Assembly: GCF_009914755.1 (NCBI RefSeq)
Contig: NC_060934.1
DNA length: 64,000 bases
From: the human T2T-CHM13v2.0 reference genome, Homo sapiens
Direction: 5' to 3' (one strand)
Shown: in pieces, positions 41,743-54,774 of the stretch
Layout: every line of letters begins with the position of its first letter
Position numbering within the stretch: position 1 is the stretch's first letter
The notes under the pieces: model-generated
Database searches by the model: none
Seen by the model: the letters and a program-made list of their open reading frames with translations, nothing else
What the model was told of the DNA's origin: nothing
Made by a program: the position numbers and the translations under genes

Positions 41743-43727
41743 ACACTCGCGTCCACGCGGTCCTGGGTGATTTGCCATGAGCGCCCATTGCTTGGTGTGG
41801 GAGGTGAAGTTCGAGAAAAGTGGAGCTGGGTTAACATAGTTACTGCAGAGGGTGAATGCGTTGGCTGTAGAAAGTGGTTACAAAGCCAACTGTTAGAACG
41901 ATGCATTTTAGATGCTTATCTGTATATTTGATGCATGTATATGTTGTATATTCTATACAGTTGAGTCTTCAGACAGGGTCAGGTTCTCAAGTCAGCGTGC
42001 AAGGTGGAAAGCCCCTATAGTCAAATGCACTGTCGAAAATCCCTTAGGAAGTTTCTCCTTAGGAGAGGGAAAGAAGTTCTAAAACTTGAACGTCTAGCTA
42101 CGGGTGGATTCAGGTTTTGTAATTTGAGGAATCCTCTTTAAGAAAAGGAATAAAAACTATAAGTAACAAAATTTCTGGGGTCCCTCAGAACGATAGAAAG
42201 AGGCTGTACAAATGCATTATCAGACCTATGAAGCTTAATCTTTGTTCATCTCAAAGTAAATCTGCCTCTGCCAGCTTTGGGAAGGATGGCTGTTTCTTAG
42301 TTGACCACCAGAGGAAGTAATGGGTTTGTATTTACGGAAAAACTTGTATGTTCCAAATACATCTCTTTAAGCCCTCCTCATCTCACACTCAGCACAGTGA
42401 GATACATCCTCTTGGAGAAGCATGTGGAAACTGAGACCACTGGGGGAAGAGTAGATTACATTCGTGTTTCTCATGCTCACTCTTGAGTAAATACTCTTTG
42501 AAATATTCTGAAATGTTAACATTATTATTTTTGTTGTTTAATGCCTAATGTAGATGAATTTACAGAAATCAAATGCAAATGTTATGTGACTCTACTTTCT
42601 AAGTATATATACAAAAATACAGTACATTTGGTGCATGGGCTCTCCAGCAAGGTGTATCTACTTTCTCATTCTTGGTTAATTGTGAAGTAAGTGCAGTGTC
42701 AGGATAGCGCAGGATTGACCTGGATGATAGTATTTTCAACACTTCGGAGAAAGCTGAAAGTTGTCGATAGGGATTGTTGTATTTGCTGGCTTTCCCTTCA
42801 CTTGTATTATGTTGTTTTTTCCACGCTTTTCCTATGGACAAAGACTGTGGGACTCATCTGCTCACTTAGGAAGTGATATGTGTTTCCAATTTAGTGGGTT
42901 TAGCTGATGTGTTTGTTGTATGTAGTGTAATCTCAGTGGTGGTAAGGCATGGGCAGGCAAGTGAGAGTTCTCACTCCCCTGTCCTCGTGTTTTCCCTCCA
43001 GCTTAGATTTCTTAACTATGTCAGGATTCTCCACAGCCCTTGACCAGCACAAGATTACTTGTATTCTCAAGCTGTTTATTCCCCTCAGTTTGTTTCCTCC
43101 ATCTTTCCCCATCCCATATCAACTCATTTGTTAGCCTGAGGTCTTTTCTTCTTGACCCAGAGACTTTTCACCTGATCTTTTTGCTGTCTACTACCTTTCC
43201 CATTTCAGGGGAAAACCTGCATTATTATATCTTAGCCAGACTATTTTGACTCCACCTTTCTCTTGGATGATAAATAAGTTCTTTCATTTATTCACTTATT
43301 CAGTCAGTCATCCATTTAATATACATTTCTGGAGCACCTATTAGGTGCCAGACCCTCTGCTGGAGGCTGAGTATGCAATGGACAGTGATCTAGCAGAGAG
43401 AGAAGTGTAAACAAATGCTTAAACTGTGTAAGCACTGCTAGAGTGGAGATATATGTATAGAATGGGGTTTCATGATGGGCAAGGGAGAGGCTGAGCTGCC
43501 TTCTGCATGGTTGAGTCTGAGAAAGCTTTACACAGCACTAGTAACATTAGTTTTCCAGGCAGAAGGAATGGTATATATGGAGTCATGTGAAACCAGGTGT
43601 GTTAGAGAACTACAGATGGTTCCGTATTGTGAGCTGAAATTTTCATATGGGGCAGGGTGGCAGTGAGGCCAGATGACTGACCACCCTAGTGGCCTAATAT
43701 GAATTGCAATTCTTTGGTCTCTTGTAG

Positions 43728-44019
43728 CCATCCCAATGGAAATTGCTTCGACAGGAACTGTTGAAGTACCTGGAATACTTCTTGATGGCTGTCATTAATG
43801 GGTGTCAGATGTCTGTCCCACCCAACAGGACTGAAGCCATGTGGGAAGATTTTATAACCTGCTTAAAGGATCAAGATCTGATATTTTCTGCAGCATTTGA
43901 GGCCCAGTCTTGCTACCTCTTAACAAAAACTGCTGTTTCTAGACCTTTGTTTTTGGTTTTGGATGACAATTTTTATTATCAGAGTATGAGATATGAAGTC
44001 TACCAGCTGGCTCGGAAAT
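43728..44019 (+). CDS. PSTK: PSTK coding exon 2
   Basis: Acceptor TTGTAG|; PSQWKLLRQELL...LVLDDNFYYQSMRYEVYQLARK with the PSTK/KTI12-type LDDNFY motif; donor AAT|GTAATT; 292 nt. Confidence 0.95.
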
Positions 44020-44266
44020 GTAATTAAAACTTTTTTTTTCTTACACATGGAGATACTTATTCACGTATCAAAAACACTATTGTCTTCAATGAGAATTTAA
44101 CTTGATTAGGAGGTTATGTAGATTTACTTAATTTTAAAAGCTAGATGTTCAGTATTGCAAACGGAGTTTTTCCTACTATAATTGTCATAATTTGTCTAAT
44201 ATATGTTTATTTCATATTTTGGAAAAAGAGTATACCAGTAATTCTATCATTTTAAACTGTTTTCAG

Positions 44267-44465
44267 ATTCGTTGGGCTTTTGCCAGCTCTTTTTAGATTG
44301 TCCTCTTGAGACCTGTTTACAGAGGAATGGCCAGAGGCCACAGGCACTGCCTCCTGAGACCATCCACCTGATGGGAAGAAAGCTAGAAAAGCCCAACCCT
44401 GAGAAAAATGCTTGGGAACACAACAGCCTCACAATTCCGAGTCCAGCATGTGCTTCGGAGGCCAG
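44267..44465 (+). CDS. PSTK: PSTK coding exon 3
   Basis: Acceptor TTTTCAG|; (Y)SLGFCQLFLDCPLETCLQRNGQR...KNAWE with the RxxxR lid motif; donor CAG|GTATTC; 199 nt. Confidence 0.95.
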
Positions 44466-44927
44466 GTATTCCACTCAATCATCCCTCCCTGGATGCTCCC
44501 CTGTGCCAGGTATCATGGTCAGTGCTTTGTCTATGTTGGTTTAGTTAGTCCTCACACAGGCATTGGAGAGACATTATTCCCCACTTTGTGTGGAAGCTAA
44601 AAGTGAAATGGGAAAATTTAGTTTGTCCAGAAAGATTTGAACCCAAGTTTATTTGCAAATGTCTGCTCATAACTGTTACGATTATACTGTCTTCCAGTAG
44701 TTGGAGCAGGGAATTCAGAGAACACATCTTTGATTCTCTTGCTAAAATAGATAGTCTAAATAGGTTGCCTGGTAGTTTTCTTATAGAAAGAGATCTGTGA
44801 AAGAGTGCAACAGGTACTGGGTCCTATTTGCCTTAGAGCTCACCATAGTTACACTGCTTTTGCATATGTGAGGCTTGTAGGCTATGCTGTCTAATGCATT
44901 TCATTCATTACGTATGTCTTGAGAGTT

Positions 44928-45135
44928 CTAGAGCAGCATATTTCTAGCAGAAACTTCGCTGGCGATGGAAATGTTCTATATTTGCACTAATATGGTAGCT
45001 GCTAGCCACATTTGACTATTGAGCCCTTAAAAGTAGCTAGTGTAACTGATGACCTGAATTTTTTTGTTTAACTTATTGATTTAAACTTAAGTAGCCTCAT
45101 GTGGCCAGTGGCTATTTATTGGACAGCGCAGTTCC
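44928..45135 (+). mobile_element. MER3-like hAT-Charlie MITE
   Basis: GATGGAAATGTTCTATAT...GCTAGCCACAT...CATGTGGC...TTGGACAGCGCAG. Confidence 0.7.
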
Positions 45136-45191
45136 AGAGGTATATTGCCCACACTTCCTTAGTTCCTGCATATTGTCCACGAGGGATCGGT

Positions 45192-45424
45192 ATCAGCTCA
45201 CTGCAGGCTTGACCTCCTGGGCTCAAGCAGTTCTCCTGTCTCAGTCCCCTAAGTAACTGGAACTACAGGCCCACACTGCCAAGCCCAGCTAATTTTTTAA
45301 TTTGTTGTAGTGACAGGGTCTCACTATGTTGCCCAGGCTGGTCTGAAACTCGTGGCCTCAAGCAATTCTTCCAACTTGACCTCCCAAATTGCTGGGATTA
45401 CGAGCATGAGCTATCACCCCCGGC
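45192..45424 (-). mobile_element. AluJ, truncated; a plus-strand Alu monomer follows at 45568-45720
   Basis: Alu sequence similarity. Confidence 0.82.
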
Positions 45425-46933
45425 TAATATTTTCTTAAATTTTGGGTTACATTGGGAACAGTGTCTATAATTCCTTTTGAAATTCTTTTTAGGAATCTTA
45501 TCTTAAGGTTATAGTTCCCTTAAAAAAATATTTGCTATGCTTTACCTCTTTTAAGACTGTAAACAAACTGGGTGCAGTGGCTCACACCTGTGATCCCAGC
45601 ACTTGGGAGGCCAAGAAGGGAGGATCACTTGAACCCAAGAGTTTGAGGTTGCAGTTGAGCTATGATAATGCCACTGCACTCCAGCCTGGGTGACAGTGAA
45701 ACCCTGTCTCTAAACAAACAGACTAAATAGAACAAAAGGGCATGGGTATGAAAATTAGCTAGTGATCACTGGCTGAATAGTCACTAAAACTCAAATTCTC
45801 TCCCAGTTCTGAACACTTTATATATATGGTCTCATTCAGTCCTCACAACCACCCTTTAAGGGTAGAAACTACTATCCCCATTTTATAGATGGGATAACTG
45901 AGGCCCAGATAAGTAAAGTAATATACCCAGGTAGGAAGTGGCAGAGCCAAGATCTGGACCCAGTGAGATCGCACTCACTCCAGAACCTGGGCTCTTTTCA
46001 GTGTGAGGAAGATCATCTTGAGGTTGAGCTTTAACTTGATGAGCTCACTCGCTTAAAACTTTTTAGTGCCACTCCCATAATCTGAGTAAAATTCAAACTC
46101 CTTACCCTAACTTAGGTGATCTAACCCAGATTAATTCTCCAACTTCATATTCTGCCACTCTCCTCCTGGCTTCTTTTCAGCCTTTCTCTTGCACGAACAC
46201 AAGGAGCATGTTCTTGCCCTGGGGCCCTTGTACTTGCTGCCCCTCTGCCCTTCCCACATTCTTATACTTGACTGCCTTCACTGACCATCCTAACTAAAGC
46301 AAAGAACATTAGTTGGGCTACCCTGTCACTCTTATCATTGTCACTTTATTGTCTTTGCTCACTTATCTACTTACCACCATCTGAAATTATTTTTTGCTTT
46401 ATTTAACTGTTTATCTGTCTCTATTACATTATCAGCCTTGGCAAACGCAAGGATCTTGCTACACCCCCAGCTCAGCATGTGGTTGTACAGTATTTTTCAT
46501 ATAAGACGTTCAATACATATTTGTTAAATCAATGAATGAATTCTACCTGAAACCTTCATGGACCTTTGCTCAGTGAGAAACTTTGCTCATCCATATCCAG
46601 TAAATAAGCGGGAGCCAGAAAGTAAAGACCAGGCATCTTTCCATAGAGAATAAAGTTGAGCTCTTGTGGCCCCCGGTTCAGCCTTAAGAGGGGAAAAGAG
46701 AATGACTTTTCAAAGCTTATTGACATGAGTCTTAGGAAATTGGTATTTTTTAATGAGGGGTCCTTAGCTTATCATTTGTTTTGAGCTACTGCATTTGGAT
46801 TGTCTACATGGAAGCTAGCTTCTAAATCATTTAGTTTTTTTCCTTTTGTTAAGAATCTTGGGTTATAGCAGTTTCATTCCTCTAGAATTCAGTTTAATAT
46901 TCATAAATACAAGTTCCTTAAAAGTCAGATGTT

Positions 46934-47274
<341 letters not shown>

Positions 47275-47294
47275 TTATCCCATTTTCTCTGTAG

Positions 47295-47370
47295 CCTGGA
47301 AGTGACTGATTTATTGCTCACTGCTTTGGAAAATCCAGTAAAATATGCTGAGGACAATATGGAACAAAAG
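47295..47370 (+). CDS. PSTK: PSTK coding exon 4
   Basis: Acceptor CTGTAG|; LEVTDLLLTALENPVKYAEDNMEQK; donor AAG|GTAAAC; 76 nt. Confidence 0.93.
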
Positions 47371-47863
47371 GTAAACTTCCAGTGTAAATTTAATGTAAAT
47401 GAGAAGGAACAACTTTTTGTAGGAAGATCTTTTGAGCCGAATATAAAATGTGAGTGAAACGGGAGATGCGTTGTCATTGGCTTGGCCTCTCACCAGCACT
47501 CACTGCTGACAGCTCATGCCGGCTGGGCAAAGCCGATTGTTAAACTTTCAAAAGTGTTGGAGCCTGTTGATGGTTTGTTGGTAGGAATGTTTACATCACA
47601 GAAATTGGCAAACACTACAGATAGGTCTGGGGTTTTTTTCTGGGAGAGTCAATTATTAGACATTCACCAGCATATCACCGCCTAGCTGGAACCCAGTTTA
47701 CCACTGGATCTGATTTGGTTGGACTCTCTTGTAGGGAAGAATAACAAACAGAAAAGCCGCTTAAACTTTTCTTTTAGTCCTTTCAAATACATGTGACCTA
47801 TTCTTTAGCCATTTATTTTATAAAACTATGTGACTTCTAATAACAATGTCTGTATTAACATAG

Positions 47864-47957
47864 GACACAGACAGAATTATTTGTTCAACTAACATTCTTC
47901 ATAAAACTGATCAGACACTCCGAAGGATTGTATCTCAGACAATGAAGGAAGCAAAAG
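47864..47957 (+). CDS. PSTK: PSTK coding exon 5
   Basis: Acceptor ACATAG|; DTDRIICSTNILHKTDQTLRRIVSQTMKEAK; donor AAG|GTATGA; 94 nt. Confidence 0.92.
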
Positions 47958-48129
47958 GTATGATGTGTCAGTTATGTGTTGAGTTGGTATGATTGTGACT
48001 TTCTACTGCTACTGTTATTCCCGACACTCAGAGTTTATTAGTTTTCAGTCATAAAAGTTCACATCATGTTTTCAATTTAATTATGCAATTTGACTAAATG
48101 TAACTAAAAATTCTACCTCTGGAACTGAG

Positions 48130-48560
48130 TGTTCATCCATCCAACAAATTTTTACTGAGTTGCCTTACTGTACTAGGCCTTACTCTAGATGCTGGGGAAT
48201 CGGCAGGGAGCAGAACATTCTAATGAGGAGACAGACAAAACATGATTACATGAGTATATGCCCATGCTCTGAAGAAAATTTAAGTAAGGTAAGGCAGTGT
48301 AGTGATGGGAGGATTTATTTTTAAAAAGGTAATCAGGAAGCCTTCTCAGAGATGACATTTAAGCAAAGATGGGTAAGAGCGAACCATGCAGCTATCTGGA
48401 GGATCATTCTAGGCAATGAACACATCAAGTGCAGAAGCGCAAAGGTTGGCTGGTTGCAGTGTTGCAGAATCGAGAAGAGGCCATTGAGCACGGGGTGAGG
48501 TAAGAAGGGGGGAAAGGTAGTCAGGGGCCAGGTGTAAGATCAGCATGGAATTTGAGTAAA
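48130..48560 (-). mobile_element. L2 fragment hosting the PSTK cassette exon
   Basis: CATCCAACAAATTTTTACTGAGT...AGATGCTGGGGA...GGAGACAGAC...TCAGGAAGCCTTCTCAGAGATGACATTTAAGC, antisense-L2-like; resembles the L2 copies at 7560-8150 and 43280-43680. Confidence 0.7.
48329..48498 (+). CDS. PSTK: PSTK alternative cassette exon, L2-derived (348-aa isoform C-terminus, UGA stop; exon ends 48499)
   Basis: In phase with exon 5: GNQEAFSEMTFKQRWVRANHAAIWRIILGNEHIKCRSAKVGWLQCCRIEKRPLSTG*; donor GAG|GTAAGA; total 1047 nt = 348 aa, which matches my recollection of an annotated human isoform. Confidence 0.75.
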
Positions 48561-49482
48561 GTCAATGTATTATAAATCTGAATTTATATAATAGATGAAA
48601 TATGTGGTAACTAGAGTTTTACACAGTAATTCCATTAGGTTTTGAATACTGTATTGCTATATTTAAAATTGTACCTTTAAAAACCAGCAATGAACATTTT
48701 TTGAGCACCTTTCTATACGTTAAGCGCTTTACAAATACTGTTTCTAATCTTCACAGTCCTATAAGGTAGGTGTAATTTTACAAATGGGGAAATGGAAGTT
48801 CATAGAGGAACAAGTAACTTGTCCAAGACTGAACAGCTACTAAATATTTGGGTAACCTGGGGTCCAGAATTACATCCAGTTCCAGTCTGTGCTTCCCATT
48901 CTGCTCCCCTGCATCACCATCATTTATTACCTTTACAAAAGCTTAGAACACTGGAAAAGGAAACAATATACCAGCCATACTGTTTTTGAATTTGTATAAA
49001 ACTATGATCTACCAGTTGATTTTATATTGTAACCCAGGGTATAACCCAGTACACGAACTCATGTGTGGAAACAAGTTTCACAAAACACCTTCACATGTTT
49101 AATGAACTCTGTGTTCTACTTGATTTCATTTTAGAAAAATACCGATTGCCACTTATTAATGGGTAACATTAATAAGTTTGAGAAACAGAGGACCGGAACA
49201 GAAATGGCATCATAAATAAAATAAGACAAAAAATAGTTCCAGGAGTTCTCACTCAACCATTTGCCTTTCTTCTTTTCTGTCTATAAAATGAAGCAAGGTC
49301 CTGGGGGATTGTGGGGGGTAGGGTTATGCCCAAATCACTCTTATATCCCACCTATTTAAAAACATACAGATAGAGAGAGAGCCATATATATATACATATA
49401 TTATATATATTTTTTGGGGTCAGGGGAGGTAGTAGTAGTTTTTAATTTGTGCTTAATTAAAAATTCAGTTCCTCTACCATCA

Positions 49483-50690
<1,208 letters not shown>

Positions 50691-51168
50691 GTTCAGCTTC
50701 TCAGTAACACTGCCCACGTGTGGCTATTGGCTGCTGTATTGAATAAAGCAGATATAGAACAGGTCCATCACTGCAGAAAGTTATGTTGGACAACTACTGT
50801 TCTAGATATTATTTATCAGGTTCAAAACTAAATTGTCATCTATTTCTGCTTTTTTGCCTTTCTGCTTAATTCAGTAAGGTAGTAAGTCAGCTGTCTTGAG
50901 TTTTCTTGGCAACAACAACAAAAAGTCCCTTTCAGGTTAGTCTTTTCTGCTCACACGTTTCCTAACAAGTTATTTAAATTCTTTGACGTGTTTCAGATGA
51001 TTTTTGAGTATCACATTGAGACCTTTTTTCTATATATTACACTAACTCAATTGTGATTGTTTATAGAATCTAACTGGTTTGTTTAATCAAATTAATTTCC
51101 TAATGTCATTAGACACCCCGGATTACTTTAATTTACACCAGTAATTTGAGAATATCTTTTTATTTTAG

Positions 51169-51368
51169 ATGAACAAGTGCTTCCTCACAACTTGAAGCTT
51201 CTAGCAGAAGAACTTAACAAGCTCAAAGCAGAGTTTTTGGAAGACCTAAAACAAGGAAACAAAAAATATCTGTGCTTTCAGCAAACCATTGACATACCAG
51301 ATGTCATTTCTTTTTTTCATTATGAGAAAGATAATATTGTACAGAAGTATTTTTCAAAGCAGCATTAA
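51169..51368 (+). CDS. PSTK: PSTK terminal coding exon (358-aa isoform)
   Basis: Acceptor TTTTAG|; (D)EQVLPHNLKLLAEELNKLKAEFLEDLKQG...FSKQH*; total spliced CDS 1077 nt. Confidence 0.92.
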
Positions 51369-51595
51369 AATTTCTGAACTGCCAATCAAATGTCTCATTT
51401 TGGTAAGCTTTTACAAATTTGTTAAAACAACGGTGTTGTATTACGATGTTTTCTAGGCTAGTAATGCCAGAGTGAGTCAGTCACTTGTCAGATGTGATGT
51501 GGATAATTAAGCACAGAGGCAGCCTTCCTCATGTGCCAGGGCACTTAGGGTAGGGCTTGGGGGACGGGAGTCAAGTTAAATGGATCTTGAATAAA
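51364..51595 (+). terminator. Candidate PSTK polyadenylation signals
   Basis: ATTAAA at 51364-51369 overlapping the TAA stop; AATAAA at 51590-51595. Confidence 0.55.
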
Positions 51596-51799
51596 GAGAA
51601 GAAACTAGGAGGGGGACAAGTTGCGGATGTATGGAGCTGTTTTGTTTTTTAACTCGTGATAAATCTTCTCAGGTAAGGTATTTTAGAAATTCAAAGCAGT
51701 GTAGTCATAAAATCTATTTCTTTCATTAACTTAACATTTCACTAGTGGAAAATTACTAAAACACTAATTTGATCTTATTTTCCAAAAAAGAAAAACCAA

Positions 51800-54774
51800 G
51801 GTCATTAGAAAGTCTTATTTATTTATTACAAAAGCAAAGCTTCATTCACAATATGAACTGCATACTAGATATAGTTATTTCTGCATTAAACTGCTTTCCG
51901 GAATCCCTAAACAATATAGTGTATTGTACAACCATAATGCAAGTTATGTTTTGCATACAAAATATGTTCTTTACATCAAAGCACATGTTAACAAAAACAA
52001 GTTCTAGAAAGCATATACCCTCTAAGACTAATGAAAACGTCTTTAGCAGGGAATTAAAAAAAAATTAACATTCATTTGATAAATATTTTGTAGAACTTGA
52101 AATGAGGATTTTATCTCTGAGTATTTTTTGTAGTATTCCCCTTGTCCAGTTTTTGCAGAAGAATGGCAAACACTTATTTCTAAAATGAAATAGCCCTGGA
52201 AACACCCAGTGGAATTTTTTCAAAGTAAATGTCTAGCCTTAACTTGAAGTTCAAGAAGTTGTAGCTACATACTACATTAGTAAAATCTGAAATAAAATTA
52301 TTCCCAGTTAATCTCTTCACAGTTTCTTAAAAAAATATTAGTGGAGATAAATTATCTACCAACTTTAAAAATCTAAACTTATGTTCACTGAACAAAAATA
52401 AATTTAGTTTCAGAACATTGCCTGTTAACGGCAAAGTACTATAAATAGTGCATGTTAAACTCTTCCCAACAACTCATTTCTATAAAATATTTGATTAAAA
52501 ATAAAATGAGTGAAACATTCAATACAGAGGGGAAGACACGAACATCTTTTCAAATACAGAATAACTCACAGGAAATTTAAATAAAATCTAAATATTTTAA
52601 AAAATACCATACCAAAAAAGCCTCTAAGGTAGATTTGCCTCAAACATTTTAGTGCATTTAGAATAACTGTAGCTTCTTAGCATCAAAACCTTTGGGATAT
52701 CAACTGTGCTCTTTAAGTCATGGCAAAATTATAATTTTACATTCTAGTATGTAATTATGAAAAAAATCTTTTCCATGTTTAAATTAAAATGCACCTTCAC
52801 AACATCCATGGTCAGTTGTTAGAAAAAAATGCATTTGACAGAATACAGAGTTAATAAGCTGGTTTTAACAAGGGAGTTCTCTTTGTTTCATGAAAATTTT
52901 CATTTTCTATTTTGGGGTACTGCTTTTATCTGAAGAATAAAAATGGGAAAAAATAACCACAAAAACTTCCAAATGACAACCTGTTTCTTTCTGGCAACTG
53001 ATAAATACTAAAGCCAAGTTACACACTTGGAAACTACTGCAGTAAAATGGATCTGAGCAGTCTGTGATTTAAACAACAATGTAACAGAATTGTAGAATTT
53101 TAAAGTACAAGATTTGACAAAGAAGAGAGTTCCAGTTTGGAGAAAGTGTCCTTGATGCTGCTCTTTAAACAATGCAGTAGCTTAGACTGGATGCTAAACT
53201 GCAAGAACTCATTACAGTGGCTTTCTAGCATCTGAAAGGGAAAGCAGAGATTCCATTAACTTGGCACTTGGGGGTTTTGTGGGTACATACCACCAATATT
53301 TCCCTTTCCTTTACTATTAGAGTTCTTTTTTGGTTAATAGATGCTTACTATTCTCTTTAAGATGCCAATTAGGGGCACATTCAACATATGAACAAAATTA
53401 AAAATAGAATTTTTGCAAAGTACACAGAAAAGAAACCAAGTTAGTAACAATGTATTTTATTGTTTGACCAAGCTCTCTTCAGAGTACGTGAGTTATTACA
53501 CAATATAAAAACAATAGCCTCCTATTCAAAATGAATTACTCTATATTTAGTAAGTCTTATTTTTATAAACAAATTAAATGTCATGTTTAGATGCATTTTA
53601 TATTCACTTCCACACCTTTTTATCCTTTCTTACTAAAGCGATGATTTAGTTTCTACACAGTTTCGTCACTGTACATGAAGACTGGTAAAACTGCAAATAA
53701 GAATTACAATTTGAAGTCACAGAAAATATTTTAAATGGCTAATTCTGAAGAGGAGACAAGAATCCATTTTGGACATGTTCTCAGTTTTGTAAATATGACT
53801 TCACTATCACATTCTCTCATGTGTTTCCATACCCACCTTTTCTTGGAAATTATGGGCAGAAAATGGATAGAAGGAAGGAAAAGGAATCTTGAGAAATTTG
53901 TTTGGAGGCTGCATTTTAATAATAAGGATGACTTCACTTTATCTCTTTGGTCATCAAAGGAATAGGAAGAATAAGAGATTCTCATTATAGTTATCCACCT
54001 CACCTAACAGTAATGATATCAGAATGAAGGATTTAAATGAAAGTCAAACTGACAGGGGAAAAAGGCATCTAGCACTCTAGTGTATTTACCTGTGAAAATA
54101 AAAATCCAGTGGAAAACTGACATGTGTTTAGACATTGAATAAACAAGTTATTTTAAATATTAAAAGAATTTTCAATTTCAAGTCTTAACTGTTTTACATT
54201 TCCTCTTGTGGAAAAAAGAAAATTTTTACTAAACTGAAATAGCTTTACTATTATCAGTTGAAATGAAACTACCGATTCAACTTAAGGAATGTGAACTAAA
54301 TGATATTTCAATTAATAGCAATTTTTAAGGCAATTTCTGTACTAAACACTGAAATGAGTAGTAATAAATTCTGTAATTTATTCTACCATTTTGAAATATG
54401 GCAGAAATAACATCCAGTTCAATGCATATTGAAACATCAAAAGTATGGATAAGCCTTGAAGTTTTTATGGACCATAAATGTGAGAAATTCAAATGAACAT
54501 CTTGTAAGATTATGACTGCACTCCAATTCTCCAATGTCGAAAGGAAAGGAAAAAAGAGACACCAATGTGTCTAACTGTTCTAATATATAAATGACCCTGA
54601 CCAGATTTTTATGAAAAAAAGGGGAAATTTTATTCCACTGACAAATTTATATTCTATAAATATAATGTATAAGCCTTGAATTAGCAGACACTTTATTAGG
54701 GATGACCAAAACAAAAAACAAAAAAAACCAAACCACAAAAACAGCAAAACTAAGTAAAATATGACTATTTTCAA
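51800..54774 (-). other. IKZF5: IKZF5 3' UTR (~3 kb)
   Basis: AT-rich, no recognisable interspersed repeats, between the stop codon and the distal AATAAA; further AATAAA at 54692-54697, 54629-54634 and 53456-53461. Confidence 0.7.
51818..51827 (-). terminator. Candidate distal IKZF5 polyadenylation signal
   Basis: Two overlapping AATAAA hexamers (AATAAATAAA on minus) at the end of a long repeat-free AT-rich stretch, followed by T-rich sequence on minus. Confidence 0.6.

Larger units (their letters stand above)
41000..41800 (+). promoter_or_regulatory. CpG-island promoter of PSTK
   Basis: CpG-rich; quasi-palindromic NRF1-like CTGCGCGTGCGCGCAG at 41391-41406; GC-box array in intron 1. Confidence 0.85.

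Noticed and set aside
41168-41931. 206-aa and 217-aa antisense ORFs over PSTK exon 1
   Set aside because: Explained by CpG-island composition and the CGGGG repeat
51322-51360. SECIS-like hairpin in the PSTK last exon (ATGA, 8-bp stem GAAAGATA/TATTTTTC)
   Set aside because: No GA on the 3' side of the core, helix too short, and it would be inside the CDS on read-through; not a canonical SECIS
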